From a virus (taxonomy: Duplodnaviria > Caudoviricetes), in IMG/VR virus record IMGVR_UViG_3300010371_000003, positions 946-64,945 of that record: a DNA stretch of 64,000 nucleotides, one strand, 5' to 3'. Of the stretch, positions 27,319 through 37,007 are shown one piece after another. Positions within the stretch are counted from its first letter, which is position 1, and every line of letters begins with the position of its first letter. The notes beneath the pieces are model-generated. The model had not been told where the DNA came from and did not search any database. It was given only the letters and a program-made list of their open reading frames with translations. A program made the position numbers and the translations under genes.

Positions 27319-27795
27319 TCAGCCCCCCTTTCGCATGTCGCTGATCGTCACGTTGCCGGATCCAGTGCAACCGGACAGGCCGAAGCGGACGTATCCCCAC
27401 GGCCACATTGGGTACTGGACGGGGATGAGGTTGACCCCAGACGCAAGGGCCGGCGGCGACGTCGTCAGCGTGATCGAGAACCACTTCGTCAGGTCCGAGA
27501 ACGAGTCGACCGTCGACTGATAGGAGTTGCTCCCGTACATCGTGATCGTCGTGCAGGCGGCCGTGCTGGACCCGTCCGTTCTGATCTCGTACCCGAGCAG
27601 ATCGATTGCCCCCGTGTATCTGGGCGAGCTGAGCGCGGAGCTGGTCGACACCGCGACCGTTTCACTGCTCGATGCGTTGATCGCCCCCGATCCCAGCTTC
27701 CCCGGCGTGTTCGGCGGCGGCGCGTTGTGGATGTTGTCTCCGCAGCCGGCGAGCGCCGCGGCCACGGTGAAGGCGAGAACGATTCGACGACGCAT
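27319..27795 (-). CDS. Lipoprotein
   Basis: MRRRIVLAFTVAAALAGC; SD GAAAGGG. Confidence 0.75.
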   Translation of the reverse strand: MRRRIVLAFTVAAALAGCGDNIHNAPPPNTPGKLGSGAINASSSETVAVSTSSALSSPRYTGAIDLLGYEIRTDGSSTAACTTITMYGSNSYQSTVDSFSDLTKWFSITLTTSPPALASGVNLIPVQYPMWPWGYVRFGLSGCTGSGNVTISDMRKGG

Positions 27796-27824
27796 GGTAC
27801 TGGCCCTTTCTTTGTTGGAGGTGT

Positions 27825-28373
27825 TCATCGCGACGCCAGCTCGAGGACGACGGGAACGGCCAGCCATTGCGGCAGGACGTCCGACTCGACGATGAAGGTC
27901 GACTTGGAGTAGACGTCCAGGACGCCCGACCGTCTGACGACGACGCCGGGCGGCTTCGTGGGATGTGCTGAGACGGATTCCCATTCTCCCATCGGTCGAC
28001 ACTCGTCGTCCTTGCAGACGTACTGCGTACTGGCCCGGGACAGACGGAGGCTCGTCTCCGGCGGCCCGGCCGGCCTGTCCGCGCCCGGCGTGCGCGGCGC
28101 CGCCTCCAGCTTCTTCGCGGGAGCCTTGGCCCTTTTCGCGCCAGCCTTCTTCGGCGCAACCTTCGCCTGATACGCCTGGCACTCGACCTGCGTCGCGAAC
28201 CAGACACCGCCGCCGGTCTTGTCGACGTACAGCCAGCCGGAGCAGTCCCGACCCGTAGTCGCGTCGCACATGTCGTGATTGTCGACGCACCCGACGGCGC
28301 CCTGGGCGTAGGCGCCCCGCTCGACGCCGACGCCGACCGCGACGGTCGCGAGAATGAGGATGATTCTACGCAT
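27825..28373 (-). CDS. Secreted Cys-containing protein
   Basis: MRRIILILATVAVGVG...AYA/Q. Confidence 0.7.
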   Translation of the reverse strand: MRRIILILATVAVGVGVERGAYAQGAVGCVDNHDMCDATTGRDCSGWLYVDKTGGGVWFATQVECQAYQAKVAPKKAGAKRAKAPAKKLEAAPRTPGADRPAGPPETSLRLSRASTQYVCKDDECRPMGEWESVSAHPTKPPGVVVRRSGVLDVYSKSTFIVESDVLPQWLAVPVVLELASR

Positions 28374-28375
28374 GA

Positions 28376-29068
28376 TCAGCTATCCTTTCCGGTTGGGTTG
28401 GCGGCCGAGTAGAGGCCGATGTGCTCGACGAGGTGGTGCGTCTGCTCGAAGGTCCAGCCGTGGAAGCCGCCCACGACTCCGATTGCGCGGTCCACCCACA
28501 CGGCGCCGCCGACCAGGAAGCGATAGCGCGTCTCGGCGTCCGCCAGCGCGCAGAGCGAGCGATGGGGGATCTTCACGGCCTGGGACTGGCGGAAGGTCAC
28601 CGCCGGGTGAACGCCTACGGCACGCCCGAAGCTGAAAAACGACGTCCACGCCGCTCCCTCTGGGACCTCATGCCGCAGCATCTCCGCGAACGCGCCGCGG
28701 TGAACAGCCCTTACATCGTCTTCAAGAAACAGCAGGTCTGCGCCCATCGCCCAAGCAGTCCGGAGCGCCACCCACCCTGGGGTGATGTTCTCGTTGAATG
28801 CCCCCCGCGCGCGGTTGCGCGGCGGCAGGACTGCGCTCGTCCAGCCGTCGGCCACTACTTCTGGGCCGTCGCACACCAGCAGGCGCGGAACGTCCGGCGT
28901 CACCTCGGCGTCGACGGACGCCAGCGTGCCCGACAGGTAGCCCGCCCCGTGCGGTCGCGGGCAGGTCAGAACCGAGATCATCAAGCTGGTGGAGGCCCGC
29001 GCCGGGCGTGACCCCAGCGCCGCAACCGCTGCGGCGGCGCAACCGATAAAGTGTCGTCTCGTGTGCAT
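28376..29068 (-). CDS. GT-A-like glycosyltransferase with Tat-like signal
   Basis: TRRHFIG...ARA/S; LLVCD; LLFLEDD; LVEHIG. Confidence 0.7.
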   Translation of the reverse strand: MHTRRHFIGCAAAAVAALGSRPARASTSLMISVLTCPRPHGAGYLSGTLASVDAEVTPDVPRLLVCDGPEVVADGWTSAVLPPRNRARGAFNENITPGWVALRTAWAMGADLLFLEDDVRAVHRGAFAEMLRHEVPEGAAWTSFFSFGRAVGVHPAVTFRQSQAVKIPHRSLCALADAETRYRFLVGGAVWVDRAIGVVGGFHGWTFEQTHHLVEHIGLYSAANPTGKDS

Positions 29069-29081
29069 GCATGCCCCCAGG

Positions 29082-32000
29082 TCAGTAAAGGACCGCCTGA
29101 CAATCGATGTTCATCTCGGTCACGCTCTTGCCCGTCGCCGAGTCCGTCCGATAAACGGCGACGAACAGCATCGCCCCGGATGGGATGCTTCCCGAGAACG
29201 TTGCCCGTCCGAGCGGACCCAGCGTCGTCCCCCAGTTGCTCGTCGTGAGCGACGCGGCCAAGTTGTAGGCCGACAGGTCGGTGGAGTAGTAGAGGCCGAA
29301 GACCTCGGTGTCAGTTCCGCTGCCGCTCGTCGCTCCGCTGTAGTAGTTGGAGCAGGTGAACACGCCGCCGGTAAACGTCCGCGTCGTGGTGTACCCAATT
29401 GGGAATGTGGCATCAACGCCTCGGTGAGCATTGAGTGTCAGGCCCACCGAACCGCTGACTGTTGTGTACACGTCTGTATTGGACGTCTGACTTCCGAGGG
29501 ACCCGTTTGGGAAGAAGATGACCGCCATGTTCGCGGTCAACCCGACACCGCTGGCTGACAGGGCCTGGGACCATGTCATGGTCTGAGACGCGGGAGACGT
29601 AATGGGGGCCTGGTAATCGACGCCAGCGACGGCCGCCTGCAACACATGGCCAGTGCTCGTTTTGACCATGCTTGTGCCGGCGACGCTGTCCACCTCCAGG
29701 TTGTTCTTGACGACCGTGTCGCCGGCGTTCGTGAGCCGCATCCCCTCGGCCCACGACGTCCCGTTGAACACCGACAACACCAGGTCGCTCGTTATCGCGG
29801 TCCCGGGGACGCTGTTGCCGACCGCGACAGCCTTGGTCGGTGAAGCATCTTTCCAGAACTGCGTGGTCACGCCCGTAGAAGAGGTTGGGATTTCCTGAAG
29901 TCCATTCGCGTTGTTGGTCGAGAGTGTCCCGCTCGAATCGAGCAAAAGGTGACTGTTGCCGCCGGACATCAACGTAAACAGACTGGAATTGCCGACGCCG
30001 GTCCCGATGTCAAAGCGTCCGTTCAGCTTGGAGATCTCCTGCGTGGCGCTCTGGTTCAGCGCCAGCGCAACAGTGCTCGCGTCGGACCCGTCGATTTCCA
30101 CGGGACCGCCCTGAACCCAGATCGCGGGCCGCGTCGTGCATGACGCCGATCCCGTGCAGGTCCACGGCCCGGCGACGGTCAGGGTCGCGAGCTCGTCGAC
30201 GGTGACCGCGGAGCTCGACGTGAGCGTGTTGGCGCCCAGGTAGAGGCCGCCCTGGTGCGAGGTGACGTGCGTCGTCCCGGTCAGCGTCTCGGTCACGCCG
30301 TCGAAACGATAGAGGCCCTGCAAGCTGGCCGCGCTCGCAGTCGACTGCGGGGTCATGGACCACTCGACCGTCGTGGGCGACGTCGGCGCGAGCGGCGTGC
30401 CGCTGTTCGTCCACGTCGCGCCGACCAGGTTAACGCCCTCGATGACGCCGCTCGCGGTGATCGACTGACGAGTCGTCCCGCCCGTGTACGAGTTGAATGC
30501 GTTGGCGCTCGACGTCCCGGCGTAGAGATTGCCGCCGGTCTTGTTGATTTGCTGGTCGGCGGCCTGGTTCAGCACGAGCGCGTAGCCGCTGCCGTTCGAC
30601 GACCCGATCGTCACCGCGCCGGTCGTCAGGGTGAAGGTGCTCGCACCGGTCAGGCCGGTGCCGGTCCCGATCGCGATCTGGGGCGACGCCGGGTAGGTCG
30701 TCGTGGCAGCCGAAAGCGTGCCACCGGATAAGGTCAGACCGGACAGCGCGACGCGCGTAAGCTGGCCGCTGGCCGCGTTGGCGTAGACGAGCGCGTCGGA
30801 CCCGCCGGCCAGGTTCGGGATCTGAACCTCGCCGGTCGACAGCGCGATGACCCGCGAGATGTTGCTCGACATCAGCGTGGCCATGTCTGGGCCCGTCGTC
30901 CCGAAGTCCACGCGGCCGCCCGACTTGGCGATCTGCTGGGTGCCGGCCTTGTTCAACAGGATGGACACGCCGCTCGCGTCCGAGTTGTTCAGGGTCGCCC
31001 GCTGGTTCGCGCTGTCCCAGACGAAGCCGGCGTCACCGGTCAGGATCGTCCCGTTGCTGTAGGCGACGCGCCCGGACCCAGGCACGGCTCCCGAGGTAAG
31101 CGCGCCGGCGGCGCCGTAGAGGACGCCCGTCGGGTAGGTAATCGGCGCCTGGTAGTCGAACCCGGGCGAGGCGATCCCGACGTTGCCGCTGGCATCGGTC
31201 TTCAGCATGCCGGCGCTGTAGGCCGTCAGCTGGAGCAGCCCGCCCGCGCCGACGACAACGCGGCTGATGTTGCCGGTCATGAGGGTCACCTGAAAAGCCC
31301 CGGCCGTTCCGACGTCGAGACGACCGTTGAACTTGGCGAGCTGCTGGGTCGCGGACTCGGTCAGCGCGAGCGCGACGGACGACCCATCGTCGCCCGTGAG
31401 CGTCAGGTGGTGCGCGGTCACCAGGTGGGTCACGGTGCTCTCGGTGAACGTCGAATCGCCGACCGGGCCCGTCGCCGCCGCGACCAGCACGTCGGGCGCC
31501 GCCGGCCAGCCCGTGCTGAGGTTCGAGATCGAGTCACCGGTCGCGAGGTAGTCGAGGGGGTGCGTCGCGAGCGCGAGCTGCCCGCCGGTCGACGGGAGGA
31601 TCTTGGCCATGCCGCCAGCCGCGTACTGGGGCAGGAACACCGCAGCCGAGGTCAGGGTCAGCGCAAGCACCCCGCTCGGCGCGAAGTGGATGTAGTTGCC
31701 GGTGCCGCTGCTGGTCTCGATGGTGAGCCGGTTCGGACCGCCATCGCTGCCGGCGTAGGTCGAGCTGCCGAGGAAGATGTCGGCGATGGTGCCGACGTTG
31801 TTGATCAGCCGCAGCTCCGAGTAGGCGCTGTTTCCGGCGTTGTTGTTCTGGACGTACGCGCCGACGCCCCCCGTCGAGTTCCCGACGATGTGCAGCGGCG
31901 CGGATGGCGACACCGTGCCGAGACCGAACCTATGAGCTGCTGGATCGTAAAAGAAGTTCGAGTGGTCCTCGGCGAGCCCGCCGTTCCAGAAAATGACTGA

Positions 32001-33677
32001 CCCGTTCGAGAAGCTGCCGAGGCCGGTGGCGGGGACCGTTCCCGTCAGCGTCGAGTAGGCCAGCGACTGGCAGACGACACCCGCACCAGTCGTCTGGAAG
32101 ATCTGGCCGGTGCCGGTGCAGGTGACGTCCTGCACGTTGGCCGTCCCGACGCCAGGGTTGCCCACCAGCGACAGGCCGGCGCTCTGGCGAAGCTTCGCGT
32201 TGCTGACGACGTTGGGCTGGATCGTGGCCGGGACCGTGCCGGGGCCGGTGAACGCGACGTCGCCCGTCCCGCCAGTCACGTAGGCGCCAGGCCCCTGGAT
32301 GTCGGCTCCCCCGGTGGTGGCACCGCTGGCCTGGATGGTGGCGGCGGCCAGCGCCGACCCGGTCCACTTCAGGACGCCCGTCGGCGGCGCGATCGTGCTC
32401 AGCAGCTGCGCGCCGGTGGCGATGGACGGGAGGCAGTCGCCGGCCGAGACCGCGCACCACAAGGGGCCAGTCGTCAGGCTGCCCAGGTTGAAGGCATTCA
32501 CGGGCGCGCTCGTGGCCCGCCGGACCAGGTAGTAGCCGTTCGCGTTGGCGCCCGTGGTGGCTGAATTGGACGGCCGCCACGCCGATCCGTTCCAGGTCAG
32601 GACCTGGCCGCTGGTGGCGCCGTATTGGGACAGGGTCAGCGTGATCGGTCCGACGGCGGGGCCGACCCCCTGAACGTCGCCATCAAATCCGATGTTCGTG
32701 GTGGGCGTGACGAACGTCTGCGCGGTCGCGCCGGTGATTCGCCCGTAGACGTCGCGCTGGATGGCCGCGATCCCGCTTCCGCCGTAGTTCGTCTCGGGGC
32801 CCAGGACGGGGAGGTCGAACGTCGGGTTGCCGCCCGATCCGTTGCCGTTGCCGATTGAGATGGTGCCCAGCGGCGATGTCAGCGTGCGTGTGGCCGCCCA
32901 GGCGCCGGCCGAGGCGACCCCGAACCCGGTGCCCCCAGGCGCCGAACTGGCCGGGTTGGCCGGCGCCCAGGCGCTGCCGTTCCAGCCCAGGATCTGGCCC
33001 GACGTGGCGCCGCCCTGGGCGATGCTGGCCGGGGGCACGAGCGCCCACGTCAGCGCGCCGGCCGCCCGCTGGAAGACCTGCCCGTCAGCCGTGGCCGGGA
33101 CGTCCTGGGGCGCCGCGGTGGCGTTCGTGGCGTTGGCCTTGGCCGTCAGGGCCGGCATCGTGGCGGCCTGGGCGTTGCCCACGGCGCCGCTGGCGATGCC
33201 CGCGCTTCCGACCTGACCCCAGCTGGCCGCCGGGCCGGCGCCGGTTACCAGCACCTGGCCCAGCGTGCCCGGCGTCAGGTTCCCCAGCGGCAGCAGCCCG
33301 GTCACGTAAATGCCGGCGTCGAGGTGGAGCGTCAGCGCCGCTGACCCGGGGCCGGCCGCCGTCCCGCCGCCGGTGAGCGCGTTCAGGTAGGCGCCGGGCC
33401 CCTGAAAGTCAGATCCGCCCGTCGTCGCGCCGGCCGCCTGGGCGACGCCGCAGCGGAACAGCGGCGAGCCACCCGTGAACACGACCACGCACGGAAGCCC
33501 GCTCCCCGGCATGTCGCCGCGACGCACCGGCTCGCCGCCGGTCACCGGGGTCAGTAGGTTTCGGATCCGGAACTGGTTCTGAAAATCCTGGTTCGTGTAG
33601 ACCGGTGCATCGGCGCGCGCGGCACGGACGGCCGTCAGCACCAGCAGTAGCGCGAGGATGACCCGGCGGCCGAACAT
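29082..33677 (-). CDS. Long tail-fibre-like protein with Sec-type signal peptide
   Basis: MFGRRVILALLLVLTAVRAARA/DA; ATSGQ.L.WNGSAW x2; GATTGG.D.QGPGAY x2; RFGLGTVSPSAPLHI; four ALxLN..AtQQIxK.xGR repeats. Confidence 0.85.
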   Translation of the reverse strand: MFGRRVILALLLVLTAVRAARADAPVYTNQDFQNQFRIRNLLTPVTGGEPVRRGDMPGSGLPCVVVFTGGSPLFRCGVAQAAGATTGGSDFQGPGAYLNALTGGGTAAGPGSAALTLHLDAGIYVTGLLPLGNLTPGTLGQVLVTGAGPAASWGQVGSAGIASGAVGNAQAATMPALTAKANATNATAAPQDVPATADGQVFQRAAGALTWALVPPASIAQGGATSGQILGWNGSAWAPANPASSAPGGTGFGVASAGAWAATRTLTSPLGTISIGNGNGSGGNPTFDLPVLGPETNYGGSGIAAIQRDVYGRITGATAQTFVTPTTNIGFDGDVQGVGPAVGPITLTLSQYGATSGQVLTWNGSAWRPSNSATTGANANGYYLVRRATSAPVNAFNLGSLTTGPLWCAVSAGDCLPSIATGAQLLSTIAPPTGVLKWTGSALAAATIQASGATTGGADIQGPGAYVTGGTGDVAFTGPGTVPATIQPNVVSNAKLRQSAGLSLVGNPGVGTANVQDVTCTGTGQIFQTTGAGVVCQSLAYSTLTGTVPATGLGSFSNGSVIFWNGGLAEDHSNFFYDPAAHRFGLGTVSPSAPLHIVGNSTGGVGAYVQNNNAGNSAYSELRLINNVGTIADIFLGSSTYAGSDGGPNRLTIETSSGTGNYIHFAPSGVLALTLTSAAVFLPQYAAGGMAKILPSTGGQLALATHPLDYLATGDSISNLSTGWPAAPDVLVAAATGPVGDSTFTESTVTHLVTAHHLTLTGDDGSSVALALTESATQQLAKFNGRLDVGTAGAFQVTLMTGNISRVVVGAGGLLQLTAYSAGMLKTDASGNVGIASPGFDYQAPITYPTGVLYGAAGALTSGAVPGSGRVAYSNGTILTGDAGFVWDSANQRATLNNSDASGVSILLNKAGTQQIAKSGGRVDFGTTGPDMATLMSSNISRVIALSTGEVQIPNLAGGSDALVYANAASGQLTRVALSGLTLSGGTLSAATTTYPASPQIAIGTGTGLTGASTFTLTTGAVTIGSSNGSGYALVLNQAADQQINKTGGNLYAGTSSANAFNSYTGGTTRQSITASGVIEGVNLVGATWTNSGTPLAPTSPTTVEWSMTPQSTASAASLQGLYRFDGVTETLTGTTHVTSHQGGLYLGANTLTSSSAVTVDELATLTVAGPWTCTGSASCTTRPAIWVQGGPVEIDGSDASTVALALNQSATQEISKLNGRFDIGTGVGNSSLFTLMSGGNSHLLLDSSGTLSTNNANGLQEIPTSSTGVTTQFWKDASPTKAVAVGNSVPGTAITSDLVLSVFNGTSWAEGMRLTNAGDTVVKNNLEVDSVAGTSMVKTSTGHVLQAAVAGVDYQAPITSPASQTMTWSQALSASGVGLTANMAVIFFPNGSLGSQTSNTDVYTTVSGSVGLTLNAHRGVDATFPIGYTTTRTFTGGVFTCSNYYSGATSGSGTDTEVFGLYYSTDLSAYNLAASLTTSNWGTTLGPLGRATFSGSIPSGAMLFVAVYRTDSATGKSVTEMNIDCQAVLY

Positions 33678-34081
33678 CAGAGCGTCGCCATCGCCTGCCC
33701 TGCCGCGGCCGCCTCGAGGCGCGCCTGCATGTCGGCCCGCGCCTCGCGCGCGGCGACCTGGCGGGCATCGGGGTCGATCCGCGTCCAGATCTGAAGGCGT
33801 CCCATTCGGAGCGCCGCCGTGATCATGACGCCGTCGCAGTTGAGGCCGCGGCTCTCGAGGATCTGCCGCGCCAGCTGCACAACGGCCGCGTCGCTCCTGA
33901 TCTGCCCCGGCGTTCCTTCGAGCAGCTCCGCCTGGGCGTCGAGCGACTGAGCGAAGTCCGCCTTGCGCAGCTCGACGTCGACGAGGTCCTTGCGTCGGCC
34001 GATGCGACGCATCGCCTTCTCGAAAGCGTTCTCTTCGGGCGTGCGCCGGCGCTCACGCCGGATTCGCGCTTGCTTTCCCAT
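33677..34081 (-). CDS. Hypothetical protein
   Basis: SD AAGGAG; coupled to fibre. Confidence 0.6.
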   Translation of the reverse strand: MGKQARIRRERRRTPEENAFEKAMRRIGRRKDLVDVELRKADFAQSLDAQAELLEGTPGQIRSDAAVVQLARQILESRGLNCDGVMITAALRMGRLQIWTRIDPDARQVAAREARADMQARLEAAAAGQAMATL

Positions 34082-34304
34082 CGGTCTCCTTTGGGTGGGC
34101 TGCCTGCCACCGGTTGATGGCGCAGCTGCACACGTCCGTCCGCGGCACCGCGACCCCGCCCTTTCGGAACGGGACGGCTCGCGTCAAGAGCCCCAGGTCG
34201 CAGCCGAGGGGGCAGCGCGGGTCATAGGAATCAGCCACTTCCGCCCCGTCGACCTTTCGGCCGTCGAAGGTCCGGATGACCTGGGTGTAGGGGGCGTCCG
34301 CCAC
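34053..34304 (-). CDS. Small Cys-containing protein
   Basis: CPLGC...VCSCA; directly follows late promoter motif. Confidence 0.6.
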   Translation of the reverse strand: MADAPYTQVIRTFDGRKVDGAEVADSYDPRCPLGCDLGLLTRAVPFRKGGVAVPRTDVCSCAINRWQAAHPKETDGKASANPA

Positions 34305-34310
34305 AGGCCG

Positions 34311-34341
34311 ATGGTCCGCCGCCCCGGGCGCCGCCCCAACT
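34311..34341 (-). promoter_or_regulatory. Late promoter motif copy (fibre/export cassette)
   Basis: AGTTGGGG-17-GACCAT-6-GTG. Confidence 0.75.
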
Positions 34342-34513
34342 TCGGGGCGGCGCGGCTTCCTGAACGCGCGCCCAGCTTGCGCCCACCCCCACCTCGACCG
34401 GAGACTGCTCGAGCTGGCCCGGCCGGCCGACTGATCATCGGCTGGTGGGCGGAGGGCGCTCCCCGACGCCCGGGGCCAGCGTTGACCGGGGAGCAGAGGT
34501 CAGGAGCGGACCC

Positions 34514-35218
34514 ATGGGACTTGATCTGAAACCCTGTCTTGGTTGCCGGCAACTCGTAGATGTCTCGACGCCGGCGTGCTTCGCGTGTGGGCGAAAGAGA
34601 CCGACGGCGCGCGGCCCGCGCAAGGCCATCATCTGGTTCATCGTGGCGGTCGGCGTCCTGCTGATCGTCGGCCTGGCGAGCTCCTGCGGAAGCGTCAGCA
34701 ACACCCCGGCCGGCGCCGGCGGCGCCGCCGGATCACCGACCCCAGCAACCGGCGGCGCCGCCGGCCGCCTCGGCGTGACCCCCAGCGGAACCGGTGGCGG
34801 CGCCGCGGGTGGCAGCGCGGCTGGGGCCTCCGGCGACGCTGGCGCCGCCGGAGGCGGGGCCGGCACGGTCGGCTGTGGCGACACCTTGTCCGATCCGAAC
34901 AACTGCGGCGCATGCGGCCACGTCTGCCCCGCGAACCCGTACCAGACGTTCCCCGCTGCGCCGGAGGTCTGCTACCAGGGCAGCTGCTTGCTGCCCGGCG
35001 GATCGCTCTGCCAGGCCGACTCGGAGTGCCTCACCACGAGGTGCGCCAGTAACAACGGCCAGGCGAAGGAATGCCAGCTCAGGTCGTGCGCCCGGGATAG
35101 CGACTGCCCGGCCCAGATGTCGAAGTGCACGGAGACCGCCCCCGACAACGGTCTTCCGTGCGCTTCTGCGCCGCACCCGGATGGCGGCTGGTCCTGCGTC
35201 TGCTTCGCGGTTCAGTAG
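34514..35218 (+). CDS. Moron: Zn-ribbon, TM helix and myxobacterial-type Cys-rich extracellular domain
   Basis: LKPCLGC...CFACG; TM; Gly linker; DTLSDPNNCGACGHVC; SD CAGGAG. Confidence 0.8.
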   Translation: MGLDLKPCLGCRQLVDVSTPACFACGRKRPTARGPRKAIIWFIVAVGVLLIVGLASSCGSVSNTPAGAGGAAGSPTPATGGAAGRLGVTPSGTGGGAAGGSAAGASGDAGAAGGGAGTVGCGDTLSDPNNCGACGHVCPANPYQTFPAAPEVCYQGSCLLPGGSLCQADSECLTTRCASNNGQAKECQLRSCARDSDCPAQMSKCTETAPDNGLPCASAPHPDGGWSCVCFAVQ

Positions 35219-36290
35219 GCGAGGTCGCCGGCGCCGCGCGCGGCGGCGAAGTCCACCACCCCGTAACGCCCGCGGCCCGTGTTGCCGGTGCTGAGCTGCC
35301 AAAAGAAGGGGTAGTAGAGCATCCGGTCGACCGGGTTCGGGGGCGTCAAATCGACGCCGAAGTTCTTCACGGGCGCCCCGTCGACGTAGACGATGACGCG
35401 CGGCGACCCGTCGTCGGAGGCGTTCGCGCCCTGGTACTCGAGCCGGACTCGGGAGCCGGTGGTGATCCCGAGATCCGTGTACGTCGGTGACCCAGCGGAC
35501 AGGCAGGTGTAGAGCTGCCAGTGCGTGTCGGTCAGGCGGGCGACGATCGCGATTCCGATCGGCGCCGTCGCCGCGAAGGTGGTGCTGGTCCCGATCAACA
35601 CCGGGTCACCGGCCGAGGCGAGCAGCCCGAACGCCCCCTCGCAGGACGACCCGAATAGGCCGCTCAGGCTGAGCACGTCGACAGAGAGCGCCATGTCGGT
35701 GTCTTCGGTGATCCATGTGCCGCACAGCGGGTTCGCCTCGACCACCGCGATCGCCTGGCCGCTGGTCGAGACGTTGCCCGTGTCGAGGACGAGCGAACCG
35801 CCGGCGTACGGCGGCGGTGTTCCCGGGCCAGCCGGTAGCCCGAAGAACGCGGGGTAGATCTGGGGCGCGCCGGGCCCGACGTGAATGCCGTACTTCCAGC
35901 GTCCCGCCCATACGCCGCTGCCGCCCGTGTTCTTCGTGACCAGGCCGACGTCGTCCCAGCGTTCCTGCCACCTCGTGACCTTGGCCATGTTGCGAAGCCT
36001 CGGTGGTCGACGAAGTCTCGGCGTTGGCCTCTCGGACTGCGCCACGCCTTGATCGGCTGGACGTACGCGGCATCGAGCCCCGCCGGAGACGTGGGCGCTG
36101 TGCCCGTCGGTTGCTTTTCCCAGGCGATCTCGTTCGCCAGCGCCTGGAAGCCCTGGTTCACGGTCGCGGCATCGACCGGATCGGTCAGGTCTGTCGGCAC
36201 GCCGAGGACCGGGACGGTGTCGGGGCCCGGCAGCGCAGAAGGCGTCGCAACGCCCGTCGGGTTCCCCGTGATGGTCGTAGATCCAGGCAT
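35212..36290 (-). CDS. Baseplate-proximal tail protein split by a single-base frameshift near 35993
   Basis: MPGSTTITGNP...FVDHRGF joins RNMAKVTRWQERW if one base is added. Confidence 0.6.
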
Positions 36291-36308
36291 CGACTCAGCT
36301 CCTTGTCG

Positions 36309-37007
36309 TCATGGTGAAACGAATCGCACGCTGCCCCCGCCCCACTTGATTCCGGACGGGTCCCACATCCTCGTCGGCGGCCAGCCCCACACCGGCGCGG
36401 AGAGGATCACCGCGCAGCCCTTGTAGACCCACTTCGACGGCTTCCAGCCGTAGATGATCGAGTTGAAAAGGTCGGCGCTCGGGTCGCCATCCTCGAACGT
36501 GAAGCCGATCGGGGGCGTGAAGTCCGCGCCGATCACCACCATGAACTGGTTCCACAGGGCGGGCGAGCTCCCGTCGAACGACATCGGTGCATGCGTCCCG
36601 TAGGTCACAACGCCGGCGTCCAAGTAGCTGTAGGTCTTGGCGCGCTTGACGATGTTCACCCCGCTGGCCGTGCCCATCGGGAAGCCCGCGCGTGCGAGCT
36701 CGAACAAGATGCTTCCGTCCGAGCCGCAGAAGGACGGCCCCGCTGGATCGTCGAAGCAGGTGCGCAACCGCTCGGCGTATGCGTCGTCGGTCTCACCGAC
36801 CGCACGTCGGAGCTTCCGTTCCGCGCCGATGTAGGGCAACGCGTCGGGCGGCCCGTAGCCGGGCAGGCTCGCCATCACACCTTGGCGAGCTCGGTCCATG
36901 CTGACGTCCTTCTCGGCGCCGTAGGCCGTCTCCAGGACGGTGCCGTTCGCGCGCTGGAGGCACCCCGGCGCGCGCCTGCTCTGGTAGATCGCGTAGAGGC
37001 TGCCCAT
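36309..37007 (-). CDS. Baseplate wedge protein (Mu gp48/P2 I-like)
   Basis: PPDALPYIGAERKL....ETDDAYAERLR; follows J-like genes. Confidence 0.75.
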   Translation of the reverse strand: MGSLYAIYQSRRAPGCLQRANGTVLETAYGAEKDVSMDRARQGVMASLPGYGPPDALPYIGAERKLRRAVGETDDAYAERLRTCFDDPAGPSFCGSDGSILFELARAGFPMGTASGVNIVKRAKTYSYLDAGVVTYGTHAPMSFDGSSPALWNQFMVVIGADFTPPIGFTFEDGDPSADLFNSIIYGWKPSKWVYKGCAVILSAPVWGWPPTRMWDPSGIKWGGGSVRFVSP

